From positions 42,733 to 106,732 of the forward strand of contig CAZXJN010000001.1 of the NCBI GenBank assembly GCA_964641015.1: DNA of 64,000 bases, read 5' to 3'. Under the pieces are notes generated by a model. It saw only the letters and a list, made by a program, of their open reading frames with translations. It was not told the DNA's origin and did no database searches. How positions within the stretch are numbered: position 1 is the stretch's first letter; each line of letters opens with the position of its first letter. A program made the position numbers and the translations under genes. The DNA is from an uncultured Candidatus Saccharibacteria bacterium. GTDB taxonomy: Bacteria; Patescibacteriota; Saccharimonadia; Saccharimonadales; JACDBH01. This document shows, piece by piece, positions 18,431 through 28,368 of this stretch.

Positions 18431-20461
18431 CTAATTCAGCGTTACTACTGCCTGCGCCAGACGTACGCGACGGGACAACTCAGGGTAGGAGGCAAGTGAC
18501 CTATCGCTTAGAAAATCGTTCACTGCTTCACGAGCCTCAGCTAATAATTGGTGGTCGGTTAAAGTTGCAAACCGCAGATCCAACGCACCATGCTGAAGCG
18601 TACCGTAGATTGCACCCGGACCACGAATTTCCAGATCCAACTCTGCCAGGCGAAACCCGTCGGATAGCTGCGAAAATGCCAGCAATCGTCGGGACGGCGC
18701 CCGAGCATCACTCGGTACTACATAGCAGTAGGCCTGGTCGCTGCTGCGCCCCACCCGCCCGCGCAGCTGGTGCATTTGTGCGAGCCCAAACCTATCGGCA
18801 CCCTCAATCACCATCACCGTGGCATTCGGCACATTCACCCCTACCTCGATTACCGTGGTGGACACTAGTATATCGAGCTGGCCGGCTACAAATCGCTCCA
18901 TGGTCTTCTGTTTTTCCTCTGACTTGAGCTTTCCATGCAGCAGCCCTACTCGTTTGTCTTTGAATGTCTTTTGACTAAGCCGCTTATAGGTTGCCTCGGC
19001 ACTTGTGGTTTGCAGCTTATTTTCTTCTTGTATAACGGGGCAGACCACGTACGCCTGATGTCCTCTATCTATCTCTTCGCGTATATGCTGCTCCATCGAT
19101 TCGCGACTGTTCGGCGAAATAATTTTTGTCTCTATTGGCTTGCGGCCAGGCGGCAACGCGTCAAGCAGGCTAATGTCAAGCTCTCCGTATAGTGTCAGCG
19201 CCAGACTGCGTGGAATCGGCGTGGCAGTCATACTGATGACATGCGGCACTTTACCGTACTGTTTTAGCAGTTGTTTGCGCTGCTCCACCCCGAATCGATG
19301 CTGTTCATCTATAACTATTAGCCCTGGATTTTGCATCGTAGCATCCTGCGTAAGCAGAGCATGCGTACCGACAACCAAGCCCACGCCGCCATCTGCCAGG
19401 CGCTTCTTTATACGAGTCTTTTCAGCGGACTTCATGCTGCCCACCAGCAAACCCACCTTACCACCCAGGCCAATAGGAGTTAGCATCTCGAGAACCGATT
19501 CGGCGTGCTGGCGAGCCAGTAGCTCAGTTGGCGCCAACAACGCTGCTTGATAGTCCGCATGCATTGTCATAACGGCTGCCAGTGCGGCAATAACCGTTTT
19601 ACCGCTGCCGACATCACCCTCTATCAATCGATTTGCCGGACTCGTGCTGTCAATGTCCTTTAGGACTTGCCAGGCTACTTTGCGCTGTGCATCAGTCAGA
19701 GAAAATGGCAGACTACCCACGAACTGTTTGGCAACAGATTCATCAAACGACAGCCGTGGTGCCTCTTCACCGGCAATCTCTTGTTTAAGAATTTTGCTCG
19801 CAAGCATCAGCTCGAATACTTCAATAAACGACATGGTGCGCTGCGCGCGTGCAAGCAGCTCTGCAGAATCAGGAAAATGCAGCTGATGAATTGCCGACGG
19901 GTACGGCAGTAGCTGGTATTTTTTAACAAACTCTTGCGGTAAAAACGCCGGCAGCAACGAAGCGTGCTTGACCGCCTCGGCCATAACTTTGCGAATAGTA
20001 CGTGCACCGACACCTTTGCTTTCTCTATATACGGGCACGATTCGTGCAGTGTGCACCGGCATATCACTGACCAGTTCAATCCCCGGGCTGATAATTGCAA
20101 ACCGTCCTGCTCGGAATTCGAGCTTGCCAGTGATAAAATATTCCTTATCATTTTTCAGCCCACCCGCACGGTAGGGTTGATTGAACCATACCAGCCGTAT
20201 GCTTCCACTATCATCAGACGCGACAGCTTCGGTAATATGCATACCACGACGCACATATCTACCTTTTGCCTGTTTGATGACCGCCTGAATCGTCACCATG
20301 CCCGGCCGCAGCGAAGCAATCGGCGTAATTTTTGTATAATCGTGATAACTTCGAGGAAAATAGTGCAGCATATCGTGCACGCTATGAACCCCGATAGCAC
20401 CAAGCGATTTAGCTAACGCCGGACCAACACCTTTCAACTCAGTCAGCTTCACCTCTGTCAT
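18431..20461 (-). CDS. recG: ATP-dependent DNA helicase RecG
   Basis: 676 aa. N-terminal wedge domain, helicase motifs (GDVGSGKTVIA, DEQHRFG), C-terminal domain. Confidence 0.93.
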   Translation of the reverse strand: MTEVKLTELKGVGPALAKSLGAIGVHSVHDMLHYFPRSYHDYTKITPIASLRPGMVTIQAVIKQAKGRYVRRGMHITEAVASDDSGSIRLVWFNQPYRAGGLKNDKEYFITGKLEFRAGRFAIISPGIELVSDMPVHTARIVPVYRESKGVGARTIRKVMAEAVKHASLLPAFLPQEFVKKYQLLPYPSAIHQLHFPDSAELLARAQRTMSFIEVFELMLASKILKQEIAGEEAPRLSFDESVAKQFVGSLPFSLTDAQRKVAWQVLKDIDSTSPANRLIEGDVGSGKTVIAALAAVMTMHADYQAALLAPTELLARQHAESVLEMLTPIGLGGKVGLLVGSMKSAEKTRIKKRLADGGVGLVVGTHALLTQDATMQNPGLIVIDEQHRFGVEQRKQLLKQYGKVPHVISMTATPIPRSLALTLYGELDISLLDALPPGRKPIETKIISPNSRESMEQHIREEIDRGHQAYVVCPVIQEENKLQTTSAEATYKRLSQKTFKDKRVGLLHGKLKSEEKQKTMERFVAGQLDILVSTTVIEVGVNVPNATVMVIEGADRFGLAQMHQLRGRVGRSSDQAYCYVVPSDARAPSRRLLAFSQLSDGFRLAELDLEIRGPGAIYGTLQHGALDLRFATLTDHQLLAEAREAVNDFLSDRSLASYPELSRRVRLAQAVVTLN

Positions 20462-20610
20462 ATCGTAAGTATAACAGATAGAAATATCGACTTTGACGAG
20501 TGTATATATTGTGATTACATTCTAGGTTTATGGGGTTTTTTGTCCGAGAAGATTAGACTAAAGGTTTTCTGTCATTACATAAGCAACGCTTGAATACCAC
20601 CCCGTGGTAT

Positions 20611-21393
20611 TTATTCTGGTTTTCGAACAAGAAATACCGTCGACGGTCCAAAATAGGATTTCGCTAGCGGTGACTGCATTATATTTTCAAGCGCTAATAG
20701 CCCGCGCTTAGGAATAACCTTTTTCAGTAGTGGACTACGCAAGTTGGATACTGATAAAACCTTTTCAACCTTTAGGCCGGCATGCGCGAGCTGCTTGCGC
20801 ACCGTTTTGGGGTTGTGGTTAACAAAAGGTATTTCGTCCTCGCGCTGATTTTCCGGAGAACGAATGTCAACGGGCTCGGTGGGCAGCCGCTTGCCTTTGA
20901 GCGTATGCTTGACGCGGTTTTTAAAATTTGAATAATTAGCAAATTCAAAGAAAAAATACCCGCCCGGCTTTAGTATGCGTGCAATCTCCGCAAACTCAGC
21001 CGAAGGATCAGGCAAGTGATGCAGCACCCGTACCACCGTGACCAGATCTACGCTATTGTCTTTGAACTTTAAATCATCTGCCTGCAACAGCTTGCGATCG
21101 ACCGTTGGGAAATCCTTTAAATACTCTTCGGCGATATCAAGTTGCTGCTGGCTTGGTTCAGCCAGCGTAACCTTATCTGCGTATTTCGTCAGTACAGCGC
21201 TTAGCCGGCCGTATCCGCCGCCCACATCTACTGCGTGCTCAAACCGCTTGCCGCCCAGGAGTTTCTCAAGCGCGATTACTTCGGCAGCATGCTCATAGTC
21301 GCGGCCATCCCAATAATGAAGGTAGTTGTGCTTTGGATCATTGTACTGATCGGCTTTTTTCTTTGCTGGTTTGGTTTTCTTAGTATTTGCCAT
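20611..21393 (-). CDS. Class I SAM-dependent methyltransferase
   Basis: VDVGGGYGRL is motif I. Rossmann-fold methyltransferase pattern. Confidence 0.75.
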   Translation of the reverse strand: MANTKKTKPAKKKADQYNDPKHNYLHYWDGRDYEHAAEVIALEKLLGGKRFEHAVDVGGGYGRLSAVLTKYADKVTLAEPSQQQLDIAEEYLKDFPTVDRKLLQADDLKFKDNSVDLVTVVRVLHHLPDPSAEFAEIARILKPGGYFFFEFANYSNFKNRVKHTLKGKRLPTEPVDIRSPENQREDEIPFVNHNPKTVRKQLAHAGLKVEKVLSVSNLRSPLLKKVIPKRGLLALENIMQSPLAKSYFGPSTVFLVRKPE

Positions 21394-21429
21394 TATTATA
21401 GAATCTTTTCTCTTCTTTGGAATTTAAAT

Positions 21430-22686
21430 TTATACGAATCTTAGAATTGCGGATGCATTCTTGCCGCGTCTCATGATAACATGACCGGCAATCTCATCCT
21501 GGTCTTCCAGTGAGGTTTTTGACGCGCTGATCTGCTGGCCGTTGATATATACGGCCCCGCCCTCGATGAACCGTCGCGCTTCGCCCTTAGAGCTGGCCAA
21601 GCCAGTGCTTACAAGCGCATCGATTACCTGAGCGCCCGGCTGGATGTCGACGGACGGCAGCTCATCTTTCAGCTGTTTGAAGTCATCACCTGTAAGGCTG
21701 GCGTAATCGTTGCCGCCAAACAATACCTCACTGATGCGCTTGACCGACTCGGCGTTCTCTTCGCCGTGGACAAGCTTGGTTACCTCGTAAGCCAACGCCT
21801 TCTGGGCTAGGCGCGAAGCACGGTTTTGATTGAAGTCTTCTTCGATGCGCTCTATCTCCTCACGCGAAAGCAGGGTGTATATCTTCATATAATCGATCAC
21901 GCCATCGTCGTCGCAGTTCAGCCAGAACTGGTAGAACTGGTAGACGCTGGTCTTGTCCGGGTTCAGCCAGACAGCACCGCCTTCGGTCTTGCCAAACTTG
22001 ACGCCTGTAGTCTTATTGACAACAAGCGGTCCCGTCCACACATGCGCCTCGCCGCCGCCGATCCGCCTGACAAGCTCAACTCCGGCAATGCTGTTGCCCC
22101 ATTGATCAGCGCCAGCCACCTGCAAGGTCACGCCCTTTTCGCGGTACAGGTGGAGAAAGTCATAGCCTTGTATCAAACTGTAGCTGAACTCAGCATATGA
22201 AATGCCCTCTCCGTCTTCGCTGAGGCGGCTTTGGACAAAATCACGACCCAGCATCTGCCTCATCGGCACATGCTTGCCGACATCGCGCAAAAAATCCAGG
22301 TAATTTATATCTTTGAACCAATCGTAGTTGTCTACAATTTCAAAGTCTTTGCCAGCAAACACCTTGTTATATTGCTCGGCAATTACCTTTTTGTTCCTCG
22401 CGATTTCGTCAAGGGACCTGAGGTCGCGTTCCTGCTTTTTACCATCCGGATCGCCAATCATGCCAGTCGCGCCGCCCACAAGCAGCACCGCCTTGTGGCC
22501 GTGCTCGATGAAATGCCTGACCATCATAGCTATGGCCAAGTTGCCAATCTGCATGGAGTCGGCGCTGGGATCCACTCCCCAATAAAATGTAATCGGACCC
22601 TTGTCCAGCTCAGTTATATCCTTGAAAGTAGTCTGATTTACAAACCCTCGCCAGGCGAGCTCTTCGGATAAAGTCATTATATGCAA
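21430..22686 (-). CDS. tyrS: Tyrosyl-tRNA synthetase
   Basis: Class I aaRS with HIGH-like (…PSADSMQIGNL…) and KMSKS-like (KFGKT) motifs, plus a C-terminal S4 domain. Confidence 0.93.
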   Translation of the reverse strand: MHIMTLSEELAWRGFVNQTTFKDITELDKGPITFYWGVDPSADSMQIGNLAIAMMVRHFIEHGHKAVLLVGGATGMIGDPDGKKQERDLRSLDEIARNKKVIAEQYNKVFAGKDFEIVDNYDWFKDINYLDFLRDVGKHVPMRQMLGRDFVQSRLSEDGEGISYAEFSYSLIQGYDFLHLYREKGVTLQVAGADQWGNSIAGVELVRRIGGGEAHVWTGPLVVNKTTGVKFGKTEGGAVWLNPDKTSVYQFYQFWLNCDDDGVIDYMKIYTLLSREEIERIEEDFNQNRASRLAQKALAYEVTKLVHGEENAESVKRISEVLFGGNDYASLTGDDFKQLKDELPSVDIQPGAQVIDALVSTGLASSKGEARRFIEGGAVYINGQQISASKTSLEDQDEIAGHVIMRRGKNASAILRFV

Positions 22687-22833
22687 GCTTCCTCTCAGTT
22701 AGACAAATGTAGAATTGATATGATCTATAACATATATCGTACCCGAGAACCCCTGTACGTGCAAAAAAATATACTAGGTATCGATAAGCATTTTGGGTAT
22801 AATTATTGTCAAGCAAGGGAGTAGTGAACTGCT

Positions 22834-25830
22834 ATGGCAGGTAGAAAGAAAACAACCTCAAAACGACCACGAAAAAATAATGTACACGTCACTAAAAGCG
22901 GCAAGACCATCAAGCTCAATACGTCGCTCGCAGACAAAATAAAGGCCAGCCGTGATCAGAAGGCGCTGCGCAAAGCCGAGCGCATGCGCGGCATGCCCAA
23001 AGGTCGTGTCAAACGATTCTTCTACCGCATGCACCCAAAACGGCTGAAGGAATATTGGTGGAGCCGCGAAGGCGGCATTATGGCGCTCAAGATCACTGGT
23101 ATCAGTATTGTCGTTATGTTTGTTCTGCTGGTCGGGGTATTTGCTTACTTCCGCAAGGATCTGCCGAACCTCCGCGATATATCCGGTAACAACATCGGCG
23201 GATCTATTCGCTACTATGATCGCAGCGGACAAGTGCTCCTCTGGGAAGATTACGATGCGGTGAAGCGTATTCCGGTTCCAGGCGAAGATATATCAGACTA
23301 CCTCAAGATGGCGACCATTGCGCTTGAAGACCGTGATTTTTACAAGCACGGCGGGTTTGATCTCAAAGGCATTACCCGGGCTGCTTGGGCAAACATCACC
23401 GGCGGCACCACCTCACAGGGTGGTTCAACCCTCACACAGCAGCTTGTGAAGCTTAGCCAGGATTGGAGCGACGACCGCTCCTATACTCGTAAAGTCAAAG
23501 AGCTGATTTTGGCTATCGAACTGGAGCGCAGCTACAACAAGGACGAGATTCTTGCTGGCTACCTCAATACAGCCCCGTATGGAAATATCCAATACGGCGC
23601 TGAGGTTGCCGCACAAGATTATTTCCATAAATCAGCTAAGGATTTAACCTTAGCTGAGTCAGTCTTCCTCGCGGCAATACCACAAGCACCATCGTTCTAT
23701 TCGCCTTACGGCGCATATTTTAACGAAGAAAACTCTAGCGGCGTCACGGGCCGCGAAGCGGTGACTTACCGAATGCACTACACTCTCGACATTATGCATG
23801 AGATGGGCTTTATCTCGCGTGAAGAGCGCGATGCCACCAAGGAGATAGACGTACTCGCCACGGTACAGCGAACTGAGAGCAAGTATCACAATATTAAAGC
23901 TCCGCACTTTGTGCTGGCTGCAAAGGAAGAGCTTGAAAAGAAATACAGTGCCGAAACAGTGAACCGCAGCGGCTGGAAAGTAATAACCACGCTTGATATG
24001 GACCTGCAGAAGATTGCTGAAGAAGAAGTGGCGAGCGGCGTGCAGCAAGTAATTCGCCAGCGCGGCAATGTAGCAGCTTTTGCCGCTGAGGATGTTGAAT
24101 CAGGACAGATTGTCGCGATGGTCGGCGGACCTGACTTCAATAACCCTGAATATGGTCAGAACAATTACGCACGCACTCCACTACCACCTGGCTCGAGCTT
24201 CAAACCTTATGATTATGCAGCGCTTATGGAGTCTACTAATAATGTGGGTGCCGGCACCGTGCTCTATGATACCAAAGGCCCGCTGCCAGGCTATCCATGT
24301 ACTAACCAAGCTGCACCTAAAAACGGCGGGAACTGTCTGCACGATTACGATCTACGCTTTCCTGGCCCTGTTACCCTGCGGTATGCCCTCGGCGGCTCCA
24401 GGAACGTGCCAGCAGTCAAGGCTATGTTGATAGCAGGCGTGGATAAGACTATCGAAACCGCTGAAACTATAATGAACGCCAGCAATCCAAACAGCTACGG
24501 CTACAACTGCTATGCGCCGGAAACGACTGAGTTTGTACCAGAGAATGAAGAACAGTGCTACGCGTCATCAGCAATCGGCGACGGAGCTTACCTCAAGATG
24601 GATGAGCACGTGCATGGGCTTGCCACCCTCTCCCGCAACGGCCTCAGCCTTCCGCGCACCTATATTCTGGAAATAAAAGATGCTTCAAATAAAACCACAT
24701 ACAAATGGGAGCTGGAGGGCGGCCAGCAAACTGTTCGGCCTGATACAGCTTACATCATCAGTGATATGCTCGCAGACCCTCGGGCCAGCTACATGAGCCG
24801 CAAAATCAACTCCGTCCGCGGCAAAGGCGGCAACTGGCGCCTTGCGGTAAAGACTGGTACCACCAACGACGCCAAAGACGGATGGATGACAGGCTACAGT
24901 CCAAAATATGCCGCTGCCGTATGGGTGGGTTATCACAACCGCACCAGAGAAATGACCGGCTTCATGGAAAACATGACCAGACCAATATTCTACAACTGGA
25001 TGGAGCGTGCACACGCCAATCTGGAACCAAAAGATTGGCCAAAACCAAGCGGCGTGCAAACCCTGCCCGCCTATGTCGTAACCTCGCATGTGGGCACCGG
25101 CTCAATACAGCCAAGCCCAAGCACCGATCTATACCCTAGCTGGTACCAAAGAAAGTCTGCTTCTCAGCAAAGGCGTACGATTGATGTGATATCAGGCAAG
25201 CTCGCAACCGAGTGTACGCCAGATCTCGCACGCAAAGATTCAACCGGCGGCTCAGCCTCGCAACATAGCAGTGATATATTTGTCGATGCCGGCTCTACCA
25301 CTGACGAAAAGGATGACGTACATATGTGCGGTGATGTCCGGCCATCTGTCAACATTACCAGATCTTTGTCTGAATATGGAAACAGCTACGTTATTGATGC
25401 AAAGGTTGACCAAGGAACGCATCCGCTGGCTGGCAACACCGACAAAGGTGCGGGCAAAATCGAGTTCCGTGTCGGCAGCGAAGTGGTGGCTACTCAGGAT
25501 CTCACCGACCCTGGCCTGTACAGAATAAGCTACACCCCAACGAGCGGTGGCACACAGACAGTAACCGCACGAGTAATCGACAGCGTACTCTATGATGCAA
25601 GCTCAAATTCTGTGAACCTGAACGTAATCTCGCTGAGCAGCAACAGCAGCAATACGTTTTCTTGGACAAATGCGAGCGGCAGTGTATCTGTCTATCGCGC
25701 CAACGACAATCAGCTCATATGCAGCAGTTCGTTGGGAAGCTGCATGAGCACCATTGGTAATATTCCATCAAACACTCAAGTGTATGCCAAAAGCGTCAAC
25801 GAAACTTCGCCTGCAATCGGCGCCCAGTAG
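22834..25830 (+). CDS. Class A penicillin-binding protein (transglycosylase + transpeptidase) with ~230-aa C-terminal extension
   Basis: N-terminal TM helix. GT51 motifs (EDRDFYKHGGFD, GGSTLTQQL) and transpeptidase motifs (SSFKP…KTGTT). C-terminal Thr/Ser-rich Ig-like region. Confidence 0.9.
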   Translation: MAGRKKTTSKRPRKNNVHVTKSGKTIKLNTSLADKIKASRDQKALRKAERMRGMPKGRVKRFFYRMHPKRLKEYWWSREGGIMALKITGISIVVMFVLLVGVFAYFRKDLPNLRDISGNNIGGSIRYYDRSGQVLLWEDYDAVKRIPVPGEDISDYLKMATIALEDRDFYKHGGFDLKGITRAAWANITGGTTSQGGSTLTQQLVKLSQDWSDDRSYTRKVKELILAIELERSYNKDEILAGYLNTAPYGNIQYGAEVAAQDYFHKSAKDLTLAESVFLAAIPQAPSFYSPYGAYFNEENSSGVTGREAVTYRMHYTLDIMHEMGFISREERDATKEIDVLATVQRTESKYHNIKAPHFVLAAKEELEKKYSAETVNRSGWKVITTLDMDLQKIAEEEVASGVQQVIRQRGNVAAFAAEDVESGQIVAMVGGPDFNNPEYGQNNYARTPLPPGSSFKPYDYAALMESTNNVGAGTVLYDTKGPLPGYPCTNQAAPKNGGNCLHDYDLRFPGPVTLRYALGGSRNVPAVKAMLIAGVDKTIETAETIMNASNPNSYGYNCYAPETTEFVPENEEQCYASSAIGDGAYLKMDEHVHGLATLSRNGLSLPRTYILEIKDASNKTTYKWELEGGQQTVRPDTAYIISDMLADPRASYMSRKINSVRGKGGNWRLAVKTGTTNDAKDGWMTGYSPKYAAAVWVGYHNRTREMTGFMENMTRPIFYNWMERAHANLEPKDWPKPSGVQTLPAYVVTSHVGTGSIQPSPSTDLYPSWYQRKSASQQRRTIDVISGKLATECTPDLARKDSTGGSASQHSSDIFVDAGSTTDEKDDVHMCGDVRPSVNITRSLSEYGNSYVIDAKVDQGTHPLAGNTDKGAGKIEFRVGSEVVATQDLTDPGLYRISYTPTSGGTQTVTARVIDSVLYDASSNSVNLNVISLSSNSSNTFSWTNASGSVSVYRANDNQLICSSSLGSCMSTIGNIPSNTQVYAKSVNETSPAIGAQ

Positions 25831-27174
25831 CTACTTACTCAGAAAGGTATTGAGTGCAGATTTTATATCTGCTACCTCGTGTACGAACGCAGAGTTTTTG
25901 ACGCCGCTATTCTTTGGAGTAATCGCTGCTTTAAAGCCAAGCTTTTTAGCTTCAGCCACCCGCTTGTCAGCAAACGGCACCCGGCGGACCTCTCCGCTTA
26001 GCCCGACCTCCCCAAACACTACTGCATCATGTTTGAGCTGCATCCCTTTGGCGGCTGATGCAATAGCCATGCAGACCGCTAGGTCAGCCGCTGGTTCGGT
26101 GATTTTTAACCCGCCTACAATGTTGAGATAAATGTCCTTGTCGGCTAGCTGGAGCTTGGTGCGTCGTTCAAGCATTGCAATCAGCAGATTCATCCTAGTG
26201 AGATCAATACCGCTGGCAGTGCGCTTGGGATAACCATAAGACGTCGTCTGTACAAGAGCCTGCACCTCAACCAGCAATGGTCGTGCACCTTCTATAGTGG
26301 CTAGAACCACCGAACCATCGCTCACCTGCCGCTCTTCAAGCAGCGCCGCCGATGGGTTATCTACCGATACGAGACCTTCGTCTTTCATTTCAAAAATGGC
26401 AGATTCGTGGGTGCTCCCATAGCGATTCTTGACGCTGCGCAGCATTTTGAAACCACCGTAACGATCACCTTCAAGCTGCAGTACAACATCCACTACGTGC
26501 TCAAGCACTTTGGGACCGGCAATCGACCCCTCTTTTGTCACATGGCCGACCAGCAGCAGCGCAGTATGCGACGCCTTAGCGGCCTGCATGAGCATATGCG
26601 TGCTATTGGTGATCTGCGAGACCGAGCCAGTTGCAGAAGCGACTGCGCCGACACGAATGGTCTGAATTGAATCCACTACCACCAGATCAAACTCTCCTGG
26701 TGATATGGTGGCTGCAATATCATCGGTTGACGTGCTGGACGACAGAAGAAGATTCTTATGATTTGCTCCCAGCCGCTTGGCGCGCAAACCTACTTGATTC
26801 ACCGATTCTTCGCCGCTGACATACAAAACCTTGTGGCGTTTTGCAGCCTCATAGGCAAGCTGGAGCATGAGGGTGCTTTTTCCTATGCCCGGTTGGCCGG
26901 CAATCAGCGTAACGCTGCCTGGCACAAACCCGCCGCCAAGCACCATATCAGTATCAGGGGACCCGGTGGTAATCCGTGGCGCCTCCTGACGCTTAGTAAT
27001 ATCTGATACCTCTTGCACAGGAAGCTTTGTACCGCCTGGAGCCGCTAGTGCAGCCACGTCCAGCTGCTCAACAATAGTGTTCCATTCACCGCACGCGCTG
27101 CACTTGCCCATCCAAGAGCTATATGATTGACCGCAGTTTTGGCAGACATATGCCACACTTCCCTTTTTTGCCAT
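25831..27174 (-). CDS. radA: DNA repair protein RadA (Sms)
   Basis: N-terminal C4 zinc finger (CQNCGQ…CSACGEW), RecA-like Walker A (GQPGIGKST), KNRFG motif and Lon-like C-domain. Confidence 0.93.
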   Translation of the reverse strand: MAKKGSVAYVCQNCGQSYSSWMGKCSACGEWNTIVEQLDVAALAAPGGTKLPVQEVSDITKRQEAPRITTGSPDTDMVLGGGFVPGSVTLIAGQPGIGKSTLMLQLAYEAAKRHKVLYVSGEESVNQVGLRAKRLGANHKNLLLSSSTSTDDIAATISPGEFDLVVVDSIQTIRVGAVASATGSVSQITNSTHMLMQAAKASHTALLLVGHVTKEGSIAGPKVLEHVVDVVLQLEGDRYGGFKMLRSVKNRYGSTHESAIFEMKDEGLVSVDNPSAALLEERQVSDGSVVLATIEGARPLLVEVQALVQTTSYGYPKRTASGIDLTRMNLLIAMLERRTKLQLADKDIYLNIVGGLKITEPAADLAVCMAIASAAKGMQLKHDAVVFGEVGLSGEVRRVPFADKRVAEAKKLGFKAAITPKNSGVKNSAFVHEVADIKSALNTFLSK

Positions 27175-27320
27175 ATGGTTAGATTATACCGCACTTGTCA
27201 CTGGCGAAACGATGATGAGCACCTCGCTCTTACAAAAACCTACAAACTATAGTCGTGCAGGGCCCATATTAGGCCTGCTTAGCACCCGTGCTACATCTGA
27301 TAGCATAACAAAACGCACCC

Positions 27321-28292
27321 CTAGCGCTGGGTGGGCACAACCTCTCGGCTGTCTATTGCCTCAACAAGCTCAGCCTCCTCAGAGGCAATCTCGTTTCGCT
27401 GCTGGACGATTCCGTTGTACTTCACAATATCCACGCTGACACTGTCTATAAGCGCGTTAAATTCACCGACGCGATTGTTGTACACCGGCACAAGTTCATT
27501 GTACTGTTCCGTACGCCCGCTTGAACGATAGCTATTCATCTGATTGCGCATATTCTTTAGCTCGTCATTTTGAGCGCGCAGTTTCTCGGTAGCAGCGTCA
27601 ATCTGTTGCTTCAACCTGGATAACTCTTCGTCATACTGGCGAATTTTATTCCGACGGTCAGTAAAGGCCTGCTCGTATTTTTCGGCATAGCGGACAATCT
27701 CTAGCCGATTAGAAAAATACCGTCCGTAGTACTCCTCGAGTTCACGGGGCAAGTTCCGCACCTCCGAACCAAAAATTGAATGCATTTCATTTTCTACAAT
27801 AGACGGATCCTGCTTGCGGTACAGCTCGATTGTTTCAATGATTCGCGGGTCTTTCATGTTCTCGTAGGTCACCTGGAGAAGCGCGTTAATCCGACGCCGC
27901 TCGCTTGCACTCAGCCGCTCGTACGCCGCATGCAAAAACTCATGAGCTGCAGTAACCTGCTTTATACCCTCTAGCCGTTCATCCTGAACGTCAAGCAAAA
28001 AGATCCCGTTCTGCCCGGGCAAATAGCAGCCAAGGACGATAGAATGCTCGTTCTCGCGGCAATGCGTGTTAAATGTTTCCTTGTCAGCCACTATCGGGTG
28101 GTTTACATAAAACAACCGCCGTGACGAATCCACCATAGTAGTATGTTCAGTAAGCTGCACTATTTCGGAGCTCGGAGTATAGCCGCGAAGCTTTACCCAG
28201 TCCTGAATGTCTTGGGCAAAAAGCATTGCACCACCTACGAGCGTTACCATGAGCCCGAGTGATAGCCAACCTATTCTTTTACTTCGTCGCAC
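27321..28292 (-). CDS. Hypothetical membrane-anchored protein with HExxH motif and coiled-coil C-terminus
   Basis: N-terminal TM (IGWLSLGLMVTLVGGAMLFA). AAHEFLHAAYE is an HExxH motif. A long heptad-like stretch spans residues ~210-300. Confidence 0.5.
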   Translation of the reverse strand: MRRSKRIGWLSLGLMVTLVGGAMLFAQDIQDWVKLRGYTPSSEIVQLTEHTTMVDSSRRLFYVNHPIVADKETFNTHCRENEHSIVLGCYLPGQNGIFLLDVQDERLEGIKQVTAAHEFLHAAYERLSASERRRINALLQVTYENMKDPRIIETIELYRKQDPSIVENEMHSIFGSEVRNLPRELEEYYGRYFSNRLEIVRYAEKYEQAFTDRRNKIRQYDEELSRLKQQIDAATEKLRAQNDELKNMRNQMNSYRSSGRTEQYNELVPVYNNRVGEFNALIDSVSVDIVKYNGIVQQRNEIASEEAELVEAIDSREVVPTQR

Positions 28293-28368
28293 CAGATACT
28301 GCCTGTTTAGCTAATTAAATAGTACGCTAGGACAGCGATCGTGGCTATAGGCTGTTTTATATTTGCAG

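Noticed and set aside
20593-20611. Perfect 8-bp inverted repeat AATACCAC-ccc-GTGGTATT
   Set aside because: It lies within the last codons and stop of the methyltransferase gene, and precedes the stop on the coding strand. It is therefore unlikely to be a terminator, and no partner function is evident.
27262-27290. TTAGCAC-cc-GTGCTA, resembling CIRCE half-sites, upstream of radA
   Set aside because: The arms are separated by 2 nt rather than 9, and lack the CTC/GAG extension. It is probably a chance mini-palindrome.
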